Origin: Nanobdellota archaeon
GTDB lineage: Archaea > Nanobdellota > Nanobdellia > Pacearchaeales > GW2011-AR1
Assembly: GCA_038045705.1 (NCBI GenBank)
Contig: JBBSXO010000008.1
Coordinates: 1-24,459 of the forward strand
Direction of reading: 5' to 3'
Length of the DNA: 24,459 nt
Part shown: one piece after another, positions 1-9,087 of the stretch
Numbering within the stretch: the stretch's first letter is position 1
Layout: each line of letters starts with the position of its first letter
The notes under the pieces: model-generated
What the model was told of the DNA's origin: nothing
The model's database searches: none
Seen by the model: the letters and a program-made list of their open reading frames with translations, nothing else
Program-made: the position numbers and the translations under genes

Positions 1-87
1 ATAAATTAAATTATATTATTAATAAAAGTCTAGGAAATATATACCATGGTTTGCCCAATAATATTTGCAGTAAGAAACAGTTTCATA

Positions 88-1368
88 TTACTTCCTACCA
101 ATAACTTTCTTACCATGCATATAAGACAATAAAACTTCAGGAATCTTAACTGAACCATCTTTTTGTTGATAATTCTCAAGAATTGCAACCATTGCACGCG
201 AAGTTGCAATAGCAGTGTTATTCAATGTATGAGGGATATATTTTTCACCCTTTCCAGAATCAACTCTAATCTTAAGCTTGCGAGCTTGAGCATCAGTCAA
301 ATTCGAGCAAGAACCAACTTCAAAATAAGCATTTTTTCTCGGAGACCAAGCTTCAATATCTACCTGAACATGTTTCAAATCTCCCAAATCACCGGAACAA
401 ATTCCTAAAATCCTAATTGGGATATCAAGTTCTTTAAAAATTTCGACAGTAATTCCCTGCAATTCTTCAAAAAATTTCATAGAATCTTCTGGCTTGCAAA
501 CAACAACCATTTCTACTTTATTGAATTGATGACTCCTATATAATCCCTTTTCATCAATTCCATGACTTCCAATCTCTTTTCTAAAACACATCGAATAAGA
601 AGCAAATTTCATAGGCAAACTTTTCTCATTCAATATAGTATCTATAAATCTACCAATAAGAGAATGTTCACTAGTTCCTATTAAATATAAATCTTCTTCA
701 TCAATTTTATATATTTGATTTTTCATATCATTCAAATCAGTAACATTCTTCATTACACTAGAGTTTAGCATTAAAGGAGTCTCCACATAAGTAAATCCTT
801 TTAAAACTAATTTATCAATAACAAATCTAATCAATGCTTGATTAAGTAATGCTAAGTCTCCTTGCAAATAGTAAAATCCATTTCCACTTGCCCTTGCAGA
901 AGCATCAAAATCAGCAACCCCTAGATCTTCAGCAATTTCTGAATGATTTTTTACTTCAAAATTAAACTCCTTGGGTTTTCCAATTTTACGCATTTGCACA
1001 TTTTCAGAATCATCCTTCCCAATAGCAACAGATTCATGAATCATATTAGGAATCCTGGACAAGATAACCGCTATCTCTTCTTCAAATCCATACATCTTCT
1101 TTTCTAAGTGTTCTATTTTTTCTGGAATTTCACCAGCTTCCTTAAGCAACTTCTTAGCATCTTTCCCAGATTTTTTAGCATCTGCAATTTCCTTAGATAT
1201 CTTATTACGAGAAGCCCTTAAATTATCAACTTCCCCTTTTAACTCACGCCACTTTTTATCTTTAACAAGAACCTCATCAACTAATTTTAATCTATCACTC
1301 TTAAATTTCTTTTTAATATTTTCTTTGACAGCATCAGGATTCTCTCGTAAAAACTTAATATCAAACAT
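88..1368 (-). CDS. serS: Serine--tRNA ligase
   Basis: N-terminal coiled coil (MFDIKFLRENPD...); class II motifs LIGTSEH, FRKEIG..RSHQFNKVE, EVGSCSN, HTLNNTAIATSRAMVAILENYQ. Confidence 0.98.
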   Translation of the reverse strand: MFDIKFLRENPDAVKENIKKKFKSDRLKLVDEVLVKDKKWRELKGEVDNLRASRNKISKEIADAKKSGKDAKKLLKEAGEIPEKIEHLEKKMYGFEEEIAVILSRIPNMIHESVAIGKDDSENVQMRKIGKPKEFNFEVKNHSEIAEDLGVADFDASARASGNGFYYLQGDLALLNQALIRFVIDKLVLKGFTYVETPLMLNSSVMKNVTDLNDMKNQIYKIDEEDLYLIGTSEHSLIGRFIDTILNEKSLPMKFASYSMCFRKEIGSHGIDEKGLYRSHQFNKVEMVVVCKPEDSMKFFEELQGITVEIFKELDIPIRILGICSGDLGDLKHVQVDIEAWSPRKNAYFEVGSCSNLTDAQARKLKIRVDSGKGEKYIPHTLNNTAIATSRAMVAILENYQQKDGSVKIPEVLLSYMHGKKVIGRK

Positions 1369-1405
1369 ATTTAACTGAATTTTATTATATATTTAAGTCT
1401 AATCC

Positions 1406-2752
1406 TCAATACATTCTTTCTTTTCTTCTACCAGGTCTACCAAAAGTTTGACCACTCTTAGAACTTCCAGAATTTGAATCTCTATCTCCACCAAATCTAC
1501 TCCCTCCAGAACGACCCCCTCTTGAATCTCTTCCAAAACTTCTACCTCTTTCACGAGCGCCACTAAAACGCCCACGGCCACCAAAAGTAAGACGTCCACG
1601 ATTATCTCTGTCAGAAGCAACTTCCTTAAACCGAACAGGTATTGGTTCAACTTCCGGCATCTGTTCTTGCTTTATATTTAGAGCAGGATCAGACAAAACT
1701 CTTCTAAAATTATCATAATCTCTCTGTGTAACTATTGATATAGCAATACCTTCTTTTCCAGCTCTAGCAGTACGTCCAATCCTATGAATATATTCTATAC
1801 TTGTCTTAGGAATATCAAAATTATAAACATGAGACACATTATTTACATCTAAACCACGAGCTGCAACATCTGTGCAAACCAAAATCAAAGCCTTGGAAGA
1901 ATGAAACTCTTCCATAATTCTACTTCTCTTATTTTGCGCAAGTCCACCATGTATAGCAATAGCATCAATTTTATTTCTTTCTAAATTATGAACTACGTAA
2001 TCTGCATTTCTTCTAGTATTGCAGAAAACCATAACAAGACCACTCTTTTCTTGTTTCAATAAATGAACTAGCAATGAAAATTTTAGATTATTCGGAGTAT
2101 CGTAGTAAATCTGATGTAGTTTTGAAGGATCAACCTGACTTTCAGATTCAACAAAAACAGGCTCCTTCATATAATGTTTAGCAATTCTTGATATATCTGA
2201 AGAAATAGTAGCTGAAAATAATAAAGTCTGTCTTTCTTTAGGGCATTGATCAATTATAGTCACAACATCATCTATAAATCCCATATCTAACATTCTATCT
2301 GCTTCATCTAAAACTAAAAACTTAACTTTGCTCAGATTAAGAGAAGCATTTCTCAAATGATCTAGAACTCTTCCAGGAGTTCCTACAACAATATCTGCAC
2401 TTCGTAAAGCATGTTTTTGAGGCTCAATAGAAACCCCTCCAAATATTTGAACTACACGAAGCCCAACATGTTTTGAATACTTAGCAAGATTTTTACTGAT
2501 TTGTTCAGCAAGTTCGCGAGTGGGTGTCAAAATAAGAGATTGTATTCCATCTCCAGCATTAATTTTCTCAATTATTCCAGCACCAAAAGCGATCGTCTTA
2601 CCAGATCCAGTAGCAGAACTTCCAAGTACATCTTTACCATCTAAAACAAGAGGGATTGCTTTTGCCTGAACATCTGTAGGACTTGTAATTCCAGCATCAG
2701 AAAATGCCTTTACAAGACCAACACTTAGTCCTAAATTCATAAATTCATTCAT
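1406..2752 (-). CDS. DEAD-box RNA helicase with RG/RGG-rich C-terminal tail
   Basis: Q motif (PTDVQ), ATGSGKT, PTRELA, GTPGR, DEAD, SAT, TDVAARGLD, HRIGRTAR. Confidence 0.97.
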   Translation of the reverse strand: MNEFMNLGLSVGLVKAFSDAGITSPTDVQAKAIPLVLDGKDVLGSSATGSGKTIAFGAGIIEKINAGDGIQSLILTPTRELAEQISKNLAKYSKHVGLRVVQIFGGVSIEPQKHALRSADIVVGTPGRVLDHLRNASLNLSKVKFLVLDEADRMLDMGFIDDVVTIIDQCPKERQTLLFSATISSDISRIAKHYMKEPVFVESESQVDPSKLHQIYYDTPNNLKFSLLVHLLKQEKSGLVMVFCNTRRNADYVVHNLERNKIDAIAIHGGLAQNKRSRIMEEFHSSKALILVCTDVAARGLDVNNVSHVYNFDIPKTSIEYIHRIGRTARAGKEGIAISIVTQRDYDNFRRVLSDPALNIKQEQMPEVEPIPVRFKEVASDRDNRGRLTFGGRGRFSGARERGRSFGRDSRGGRSGGSRFGGDRDSNSGSSKSGQTFGRPGRRKERMY

Positions 2753-2820
2753 ATAAATATGAATAAAATGTCCTTTTTAAAGTCAAGTATTATATAGTCA
2801 AACACTGATAAAATATAAAG

Positions 2821-3858
2821 ATGATGATAGAGACAGGAACAATCCGCATAGGAAAAGATCTTAAGACATATGAATTCTCAAAAGGAAATTGGAAAATATT
2901 AAAACAAGAATTCCCAAACACACAAAAAGTAATTTCTCTATTTAAATCACACAACAAATTCAATGAACTAATAGATCAAAAGAATGCTAAATTTTTAAAA
3001 GGTCAACTATATAAAAGTAAAATTCAAGGAGCAAGAATAAACATCCTCCCAGATGGTAAGAAGTTAGACAAAGCATACTCTCTCTTTGCAGAAGATCTGA
3101 CAATTCATGATCAAAATTCCCATGATCATTGGGATCTAATTTACAAAAACCCTAATGGAAAATATGCTTATCTATATACTTTAGAAAAAAGAAATAAGGC
3201 AGTAAAGAACAAATATAAGAAAGTAGAAAGATTTGAAAGCTTGCATAATAAACTACAAAAAGCAGTAATAAACAATTTAAGCAATAAAGAAGATATTTAC
3301 GCACTCCCAGTATACACATTACTAAAGACCTACATGAGAGTTGGAAATGAAATTTATTTCAAAGAAAATGGACATAAAGGACTTACAACTTTAAAGAAAA
3401 AAGATATTAAAATAAACAAAAACAAAGTTCAATTTAATTATATAGCCAAATCTGGTGTGCCTATGAATATAGTTGAAGAGTTCCCTCAAGATTACATAAA
3501 AAGATTAAGAGAAAAGATAAACCCAATAAAGAACTCTGATTTTGTATTTACAAAGGAGAAAAATCAACCATTAAAAGATACAGATTTTATGAGTGCATTT
3601 GAAAAATACTGTGGAGAAAGATTCTACCCGCATATAGTTCGTTCATTTTATGCAACAAAAAGAGCAAAAGACTTCCTAAAACTTCATAAAAGCGCAACTA
3701 GAGATGAAGTAAAGCAACTATTTACTGAAATAGCCGAAAAACTTGGTCATAAAAGATTTGATAAAAAAACAGAAGAATGGAAAAATAGTTTTACCGTAAC
3801 AATACATCACTATATCCAACCAGAACTAGTAGAAAAGATACAAAATCTTGCTAAATAA
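2821..3858 (+). CDS. DNA topoisomerase IB-fold protein (small viral/bacterial type; DNA breaking-rejoining superfamily)
   Basis: MRVGNE, GLTTL, YIAKSG, PHIVRS, KLGH and HHYIQP give the R-K-R-H-Y catalytic set; NGKYAYLY resembles the bacterial TopIB GRKQYRY segment. Confidence 0.85.
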   Translation: MMIETGTIRIGKDLKTYEFSKGNWKILKQEFPNTQKVISLFKSHNKFNELIDQKNAKFLKGQLYKSKIQGARINILPDGKKLDKAYSLFAEDLTIHDQNSHDHWDLIYKNPNGKYAYLYTLEKRNKAVKNKYKKVERFESLHNKLQKAVINNLSNKEDIYALPVYTLLKTYMRVGNEIYFKENGHKGLTTLKKKDIKINKNKVQFNYIAKSGVPMNIVEEFPQDYIKRLREKINPIKNSDFVFTKEKNQPLKDTDFMSAFEKYCGERFYPHIVRSFYATKRAKDFLKLHKSATRDEVKQLFTEIAEKLGHKRFDKKTEEWKNSFTVTIHHYIQPELVEKIQNLAK

Positions 3859-3859
3859 T

Positions 3860-4579
3860 TCAATCATCATCACAGTGGGAACATGATTCACTTCTTCCAG
3901 AATCAAAAGTAAATGGCATCAAAAAATCGACAATATTTTTTAATTCTGTTCCTTTGCAAACCCAAACCCTATCTTCCAATACTAAAGGATTTACATCATA
4001 TTTATGTAATATATCTATTTCTCCCGTTCTATAGTTTTGAGGCTCTTCTTCCTTTCTTAACTGTGCATGAGTTTTAACATCAGTAAGAGAATCAATCAAT
4101 TCTTGAAAGTATTTTCGCTTTGTTGCTTCTCTACCTTTTATCACATGTATGTGAGGCCATAGTATTGCTTCAGGAGGAGCATCCATACTAAAAGCTCCGT
4201 TAACTAATGGAAAATCCCTATAATTATTCGCTCCAAATTCTTTTTTGATACGTTCTTCCAAGATATTTAAATAAACCTCTTTTAAATGATTGTCAAGATA
4301 CAAAGGCCTTCTACCAGGACCAAAACCAGAGTGTAGGATTGCGCTATTTCTTCTTTTATGTACCACCCAAGGTTCACTTTTTTTCCTCTCACCATAATAA
4401 CCTTCAAGCAATTTAACTGCCTCAGTGTTTCCTACCGTTCTAAATAAAGTATAAATCCCCTCAGCGTCAAATATCTCTCCAAGTAAACTATTCATTGGTG
4501 AAGGAGAAACGCTTGCTCTATTCAACCAATGATGGTAAGGTGGCGAATATTTAATCTTCAATAAACCTTCTTTAACCAT
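3860..4579 (-). CDS. Hypothetical protein with a HIT-like WPHIHVI motif
   Basis: Long ORF filling the gap between neighbours; probable ATG at 4579 (MVKEG); the ORF track extends to 4591. Confidence 0.7.
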   Translation of the reverse strand: MVKEGLLKIKYSPPYHHWLNRASVSPSPMNSLLGEIFDAEGIYTLFRTVGNTEAVKLLEGYYGERKKSEPWVVHKRRNSAILHSGFGPGRRPLYLDNHLKEVYLNILEERIKKEFGANNYRDFPLVNGAFSMDAPPEAILWPHIHVIKGREATKRKYFQELIDSLTDVKTHAQLRKEEEPQNYRTGEIDILHKYDVNPLVLEDRVWVCKGTELKNIVDFLMPFTFDSGRSESCSHCDDD

Positions 4580-4611
4580 AAAGAAAATCAATATCCTTCG
4601 TTTAAATATAT

Positions 4612-5004
4612 TTAGATACTAGTTTCCTTTTTACCAAATCTATAATCTACAGTATATCTATCAGCACCAAAAAAGAATAGAGCAAGTGTTGCAAATGCGA
4701 GTCCAAAATCACGAACTCCTAAAGGAGATAATCCAATAGAAAAAGCAATTCCAAACAAATGCAAAGACATAACCATAGATGCAAATCTAACATATAAACC
4801 AACAATTAGAAAAGTCCCTAAGATTATTTCAATAAGACCATTGAGAATAACAATATTATTTGCAGAAACAATTGATAGCTGTAAAAATTCAGGAACAAAT
4901 CCAGACCATGTCCCAGGATCAAGAGTCTGTTGAATCCCGAAATAAAGAAAAACAAGTGCAAGAGAAACCCTCAATATAACAGTAGCAACTTCTTTAGAAT
5001 GCAT
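4612..5004 (-). CDS. DoxX family membrane protein
   Basis: ILRVSLALVFLYFG, EIILG..LIVGLYVR, RDFGL, four TM segments; probable ATG at 5004 just after the cytochrome b5 stop. Confidence 0.88.
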   Translation of the reverse strand: MHSKEVATVILRVSLALVFLYFGIQQTLDPGTWSGFVPEFLQLSIVSANNIVILNGLIEIILGTFLIVGLYVRFASMVMSLHLFGIAFSIGLSPLGVRDFGLAFATLALFFFGADRYTVDYRFGKKETSI

Positions 5005-5005
5005 T

Positions 5006-5374
5006 TCAAATTTCTCCTTGAATTTCAAAGTCTCCGATAAGAGTTCCAACCCTCATAAGATTTGAGACTTTAGAAGTTCCATGTTTTTTAGTAAATGCTT
5101 CTGTAAATTCATCGTAAGTCCCACAATAAGGAATTATAGCCTCTGCAGAACCTGGATGCATTGACAAAAAAGAAGTGACATCATACACTTTCCCATCATA
5201 GCCTACCCAACAGTCACTTTCTATATTGTGTTCGCTCAAAGTTACAAGACTAATTGCTTCATCTTGAGAATTAGAATCTAAAACAACACTACTCTGGGGA
5301 ACAGATAGCCTAATGAAAGAAGTAACAATGATACCAAAAATAACTATTATTATAGCCAAAAAAATTCTTTTCAT
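5006..5374 (-). CDS. Membrane-anchored cytochrome b5-like heme-binding protein
   Basis: N-terminal TM; HN..SDCWVGYDGKVYDVTSFLSMHPG and FTKKHG retain both axial His. Confidence 0.93.
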   Translation of the reverse strand: MKRIFLAIIIVIFGIIVTSFIRLSVPQSSVVLDSNSQDEAISLVTLSEHNIESDCWVGYDGKVYDVTSFLSMHPGSAEAIIPYCGTYDEFTEAFTKKHGTSKVSNLMRVGTLIGDFEIQGEI

Positions 5375-5426
5375 GGTAAAAACAAAAAAACAAGGTATAT
5401 AAATTTAATCAGACAAATCTTGAATT

Positions 5427-5978
5427 ATGAAAAAAGAAACAATACATATTCATTGCGAATCAATAGAAAAGTGGAGAAACTGGTTGAAAGAAAATCACTT
5501 AAATGAAAATAGCGTAGCTCTAATAATAAATAAAAAACATACTGGAAAAGGAACAATTTCTCATCTAGATTCAATGAAAGAAGCTATATGCTTTGGGTGG
5601 ATAGATACCACTATAAAAAAATTAGATGAAAACCAATATATAAGACATTTCAGAAGAAGAACAGACAAAAGCACATGGAGTGATAACACTTTAAGATATG
5701 CTCAAGAACTAATAAAACAGAATAAAATGTCACAAGAAGGTCTAAAAAGATATAATCAAGGACTATTAAAACCAACATTAGATTATGGAATCCCAAAAAA
5801 CCCAAACACTCCCAAGGATGTAAAAGAAGAAATAGAAAATAGTAACCTAAAAAAAGAATTCAATAAACTATCAAAATCTCAGAAAAGAATGCACCTTAGA
5901 TATATAATAAAAGCAAAGTCTAAAGAAACAAGACAAAAAAGAATAAATCAACTAATCTGCATACTCAAAAAAGAATAG
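5427..5978 (+). CDS. YdeI/OmpD-associated family protein
   Basis: WRNWLKENH, EAICFGWID, S.WS..N and C-terminal AK..ETRQKRI. Confidence 0.92.
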   Translation: MKKETIHIHCESIEKWRNWLKENHLNENSVALIINKKHTGKGTISHLDSMKEAICFGWIDTTIKKLDENQYIRHFRRRTDKSTWSDNTLRYAQELIKQNKMSQEGLKRYNQGLLKPTLDYGIPKNPNTPKDVKEEIENSNLKKEFNKLSKSQKRMHLRYIIKAKSKETRQKRINQLICILKKE

Positions 5979-6020
5979 ATCTATTTAATTTACATTAAAT
6001 AAATACTGAAGAATTTTAAA

Positions 6021-6275
6021 TTAACTAGATGGAACACTTATTTCTATAGGCAATTTTTTATTCAAAGAAGTTAAGACAATCTTAAGCAAATTCACTCTTT
6101 TTTTAAATGACAGTATCCCAACGTTAGTTACATTATTTGTTTTTATATCCCTCGTTACAAATACTCCGGTCTGAACCTCTTCCGTTGTTCCAGACATTGC
6201 AGGTTGGTCAAAAGATACTTCTAAAAAATCAGCTTCTTCATCATAATATACATCGTAAGTATTAAGTTTATTCAT
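6021..6275 (-). CDS. DUF2283 family protein (putative antitoxin)
   Basis: VYYDEEADFLEV...VGILSF pattern; 4-nt overlap with the upstream gene. Confidence 0.75.
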   Translation of the reverse strand: MNKLNTYDVYYDEEADFLEVSFDQPAMSGTTEEVQTGVFVTRDIKTNNVTNVGILSFKKRVNLLKIVLTSLNKKLPIEISVPSS

Positions 6276-6568
6276 TTTATTTTGCTTTCTAAATAAGATG
6301 ATATAACATAACCTTCACCATTTAAGTATTTTACTATAACAAGTAAATACCGATTAGGTTTATCAAAATACTTGTAACCTCTATAAAAATATCTGACAGC
6401 TTGATCAAAAGAGTAAAAAGTTATTTTATCTGGTTTTTGCAATGTTTCTTTTATTTCTTCCAAGTAATTATGCATGTAAGGATGCTCTTCAATTAGATGG
6501 GAATATTGCTTATCAGTCAGTCTAATTTTTTTCCCATTTTTATCAACAATTTCAAATATTACATTCAC
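6272..6568 (-). CDS. Putative RelE/barnase-fold (BECR) toxin-like protein
   Basis: IRLT...HL.EEHP, LQKPD, YLLVIVKYLNGEGYVISSY; GTG start; coupled to the DUF2283 gene. Confidence 0.65.
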   Translation of the reverse strand: MNVIFEIVDKNGKKIRLTDKQYSHLIEEHPYMHNYLEEIKETLQKPDKITFYSFDQAVRYFYRGYKYFDKPNRYLLVIVKYLNGEGYVISSYLESKIK

Positions 6569-6618
6569 GCTAGCAATAAAAGATCTAATTTTTTAAAGTT
6601 TTCTTATTAAACCAAAAA

Positions 6619-6984
6619 CTAATATAACTTCTTCCAAGAACTATAAGATATAAACATTACAACTAAAGAAATCAAAGGTACAATTATAGCACTAAATCCA
6701 AATCCAGCAAATGCAAAAGACATTGCAGCCCCAAGTATATCAAATGTAAAACCTGCATATGCCCACTCTTTTATTACATACCATTTCGTCTGAATTAAAG
6801 CAACCCCACCAAGTATCTTAGCAATTCCCAATATCATGTTCAAATAAAGAGGATAACCCAAACCAACCATTACAGCATCTCCAGCTTCAGAACCAACAAG
6901 CCCACCAATTCCACTAAATACCATAAAAGCAACAAACAAAACAGTAGTAATCCAATATATAATTCTGATCGACTTCTTACTCAT
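6619..6984 (-). CDS. DoxX-like family membrane protein
   Basis: YWITT, LGYP.Y...ILGIAKILG, KEWAYAGF. Confidence 0.92.
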   Translation of the reverse strand: MSKKSIRIIYWITTVLFVAFMVFSGIGGLVGSEAGDAVMVGLGYPLYLNMILGIAKILGGVALIQTKWYVIKEWAYAGFTFDILGAAMSFAFAGFGFSAIIVPLISLVVMFISYSSWKKLY

Positions 6985-7026
6985 ATCAAAAAAAGGAAGA
7001 AACCCTTTTTATATGTTTTGTATAAA

Positions 7027-7179
7027 TCAATCATCTAAATCTTCAAACTTAACTTTCCACTGATTTTCCCACATCTTCTTCTTCTTAGCGCTACACTTTA
7101 AACAATACTTCCTGGGAAACCTAGCATTAGATGTAGATTCAAATTCCTTTTTACAATCAAAACACTTCTGTTTAGCCAT
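7027..7179 (-). CDS. 50-aa zinc-ribbon microprotein
   Basis: MAKQKCFDCKKEF...RKYCLKC (two CxxC); ATG at 7179 with an AT-rich TATA-like box at about 7201-7208; the longer 113-aa ORF call overlaps the MORN gene. Confidence 0.8.
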   Translation of the reverse strand: MAKQKCFDCKKEFESTSNARFPRKYCLKCSAKKKKMWENQWKVKFEDLDD

Positions 7180-7216
7180 AACAACTACAGGAATCGAGAC
7201 TATATAAATGAAACAT

Positions 7217-7537
7217 CTATAAGATTTTCTTATTGTCTTTGAATTTATATGAAAATTGCAAATTTCCTTTCTTATCATAAATCTTCCAAGAACCATCTTT
7301 CTTATTATTCTTGAAATTTCCAGCTTGCCATAATTTACCATCCTCACGCCACCATTTCCATAAGCCATTCATCTTACCCTGAGAAAATCTACCTAAAGCA
7401 CGAAGTTGACCATTTTTCAAATAAACCTTACATAATCCATGTTTCTTACCATCAACATACTTAACAACGTTTGATAATGTGCCATCAGCATAATAACTCT
7501 TTACAACACCATTTTTTACACTTTTAATTGCTTTCAT
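7217..7537 (-). CDS. MORN-variant repeat protein (YwqK-like)
   Basis: Repeats YY.DG.L, Y..GKKHG, NG.WKWW.EDG, DGSWKIYDKKG; probable ATG at 7537. Confidence 0.88.
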   Translation of the reverse strand: MKAIKSVKNGVVKSYYADGTLSNVVKYVDGKKHGLCKVYLKNGQLRALGRFSQGKMNGLWKWWREDGKLWQAGNFKNNKKDGSWKIYDKKGNLQFSYKFKDNKKIL

Positions 7538-7994
7538 GAATTTCTCGCAACTTATTAACATCCAGCCTTTTCATCTTCAGAAGTTCATTCATAACTCTTT
7601 CCGCATTTCTTCCAGTCATAAACTTTTCAAAACCAAAAGTAACAAGTTGCCACGAAACTCCAAATTTATCCTTAAGCCAACCACAAATTTCAGCTTCTGG
7701 AATAAAAGAAAGTTTATTGTAATAATAATCAATTTCGTTTTGATCCTTACAATAAATAACGAAGCTTACAGATTCATTAAATTTAAAGTATGGTCCACCA
7801 TTTAAAGCCATAAATTTCTGCCCTTTAATTTCAAAATCAATAGTCATTACACTACCCATAGGTTTGTTTGACGGAGTATCAACAAGATATCTAGAAACAT
7901 TCAATGTTTTGACATCTTTGAAAACCTCTTTATAAAACTCAACAGCTGACTCTGCTTCAGAATCAAACCATAAACAAGGAACTATACTTTGCAT
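7524..7994 (-). CDS. VOC family protein (PhnB / 3-demethylubiquinone-9 3-methyltransferase-like)
   Basis: IVPCLWFD, FMALNGGP.FKFNESVSF, CGWLKDKFGVSWQ. Confidence 0.95.
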   Translation of the reverse strand: MQSIVPCLWFDSEAESAVEFYKEVFKDVKTLNVSRYLVDTPSNKPMGSVMTIDFEIKGQKFMALNGGPYFKFNESVSFVIYCKDQNEIDYYYNKLSFIPEAEICGWLKDKFGVSWQLVTFGFEKFMTGRNAERVMNELLKMKRLDVNKLREIHESN

Positions 7995-8064
7995 CCAAGC
8001 AAGAAAAGTAATGCTTATTTATATTTATGTTGTCGTAAATATAAATTCAAAAACTTTTTTTCAA

Positions 8065-8147
8065 CGCCAGTGCTAGGATTCGAACCTAGGCATCCAGAAG
8101 GAAACAAGTTTTCGAGACTCGCGCTTTAACCACTCAGCCACACTGGC
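8065..8147 (-). tRNA. tRNA-Ser(CGA)
   Basis: Acceptor GCCAGTG/CACTGGC, G73; anticodon arm CGAGT-CT CGA AA-ACTTG; long variable arm; T-arm CTAGG TTCGAAT CCTAG; no CCA. Confidence 0.96.
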
Positions 8148-8213
8148 ACAATTTAATCAAAAATCATTTCCTTTTAATTATTAGTACCATTCCTTCCAAA
8201 ATCAAAAAAACTT

Positions 8214-8444
8214 TCAACTCTTTCTTTTACTACTTGCCTTTTTACAGATAATTATAAAAATCAAACTTAAAACAATAAATGGGATTGTCATATTAATTAA
8301 AGTATCGCTCACAGAGTGAGAATTAACGTCAATTTTAAAAAAAATAAACAAAACAGATAATGCATAAATAGATGTAACTATCCAACCTTGCCAACTAAAT
8401 GGACGCCAACAAGTCCAATGTTCTGACTTAAACCAATGAGCCAT
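8214..8444 (-). CDS. Small two-TM membrane protein
   Basis: W.PFSWQGW motif followed by two hydrophobic helices. Confidence 0.75.
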   Translation of the reverse strand: MAHWFKSEHWTCWRPFSWQGWIVTSIYALSVLFIFFKIDVNSHSVSDTLINMTIPFIVLSLIFIIICKKASSKRKS

Positions 8445-8494
8445 GTAAATATCGTAATCGTTAGACTTTTAAATACATAACGCCTAAGTAAAAC

Positions 8495-8923
8495 ATGAAT
8501 CTTAAAAGAGGAATTTTAATTTCATTAGCACTATATTTTGCAACATTAGTCGTGGGAATTTTACTGACTATATTAACTAAAATAAATATAGCATCTCCTC
8601 AAAACATTCCAACAGCTTACTGGATAATAACAATTGTAACTACCGTAATACTAACTTGTCTTGCAAGTCTATGGTATTTTAATAAGATAAAAAGAAATAT
8701 AAAAGAAGGATTTAAATTAGGAATTACCTTCATAATAGTGGGTTTCATTTTAGACTTGCTTTTCTTCTTTACACAAGAAAATGCAATAAATATAATGAAA
8801 GAATATTATTCAACTCCTTCGTTTTATATAGTTTTGATATTAGTTATAGCCAGCGCAGTTTTCATAGGCTCAAAAACAACCCATAACTCTAAAGAAGTAC
8901 GTCAAGTAAAAAAGAAAGAATAA
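8495..8923 (+). CDS. Four-TM membrane protein
   Basis: Four hydrophobic segments; TATA-like box at 8468-8473. Confidence 0.8.
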   Translation: MNLKRGILISLALYFATLVVGILLTILTKINIASPQNIPTAYWIITIVTTVILTCLASLWYFNKIKRNIKEGFKLGITFIIVGFILDLLFFFTQENAINIMKEYYSTPSFYIVLILVIASAVFIGSKTTHNSKEVRQVKKKE

Positions 8924-9087
8924 TAGGATAAATATTTAAAAACAAGAGTTCTATCAAGAAATAGCAATCCACGTTCTTACCTTTTCGCAATTGAAGATTA
9001 ACTTAATTTTAAGAGCCGATAACATTTAAAAGACATAATTTTAGCCCAACATAGGAAAATATAAAAAGTTAAATTCCATTATATTAT

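Noticed and set aside
163-1650. Short shadow ORFs 163-408 and 1399-1650
   Set aside because: They lie antisense to or out of frame within serS and the DEAD-box gene
7180-7368. N-terminal extension of the 113-aa ORF
   Set aside because: It overlaps the MORN gene in another frame; the real gene likely starts at 7179
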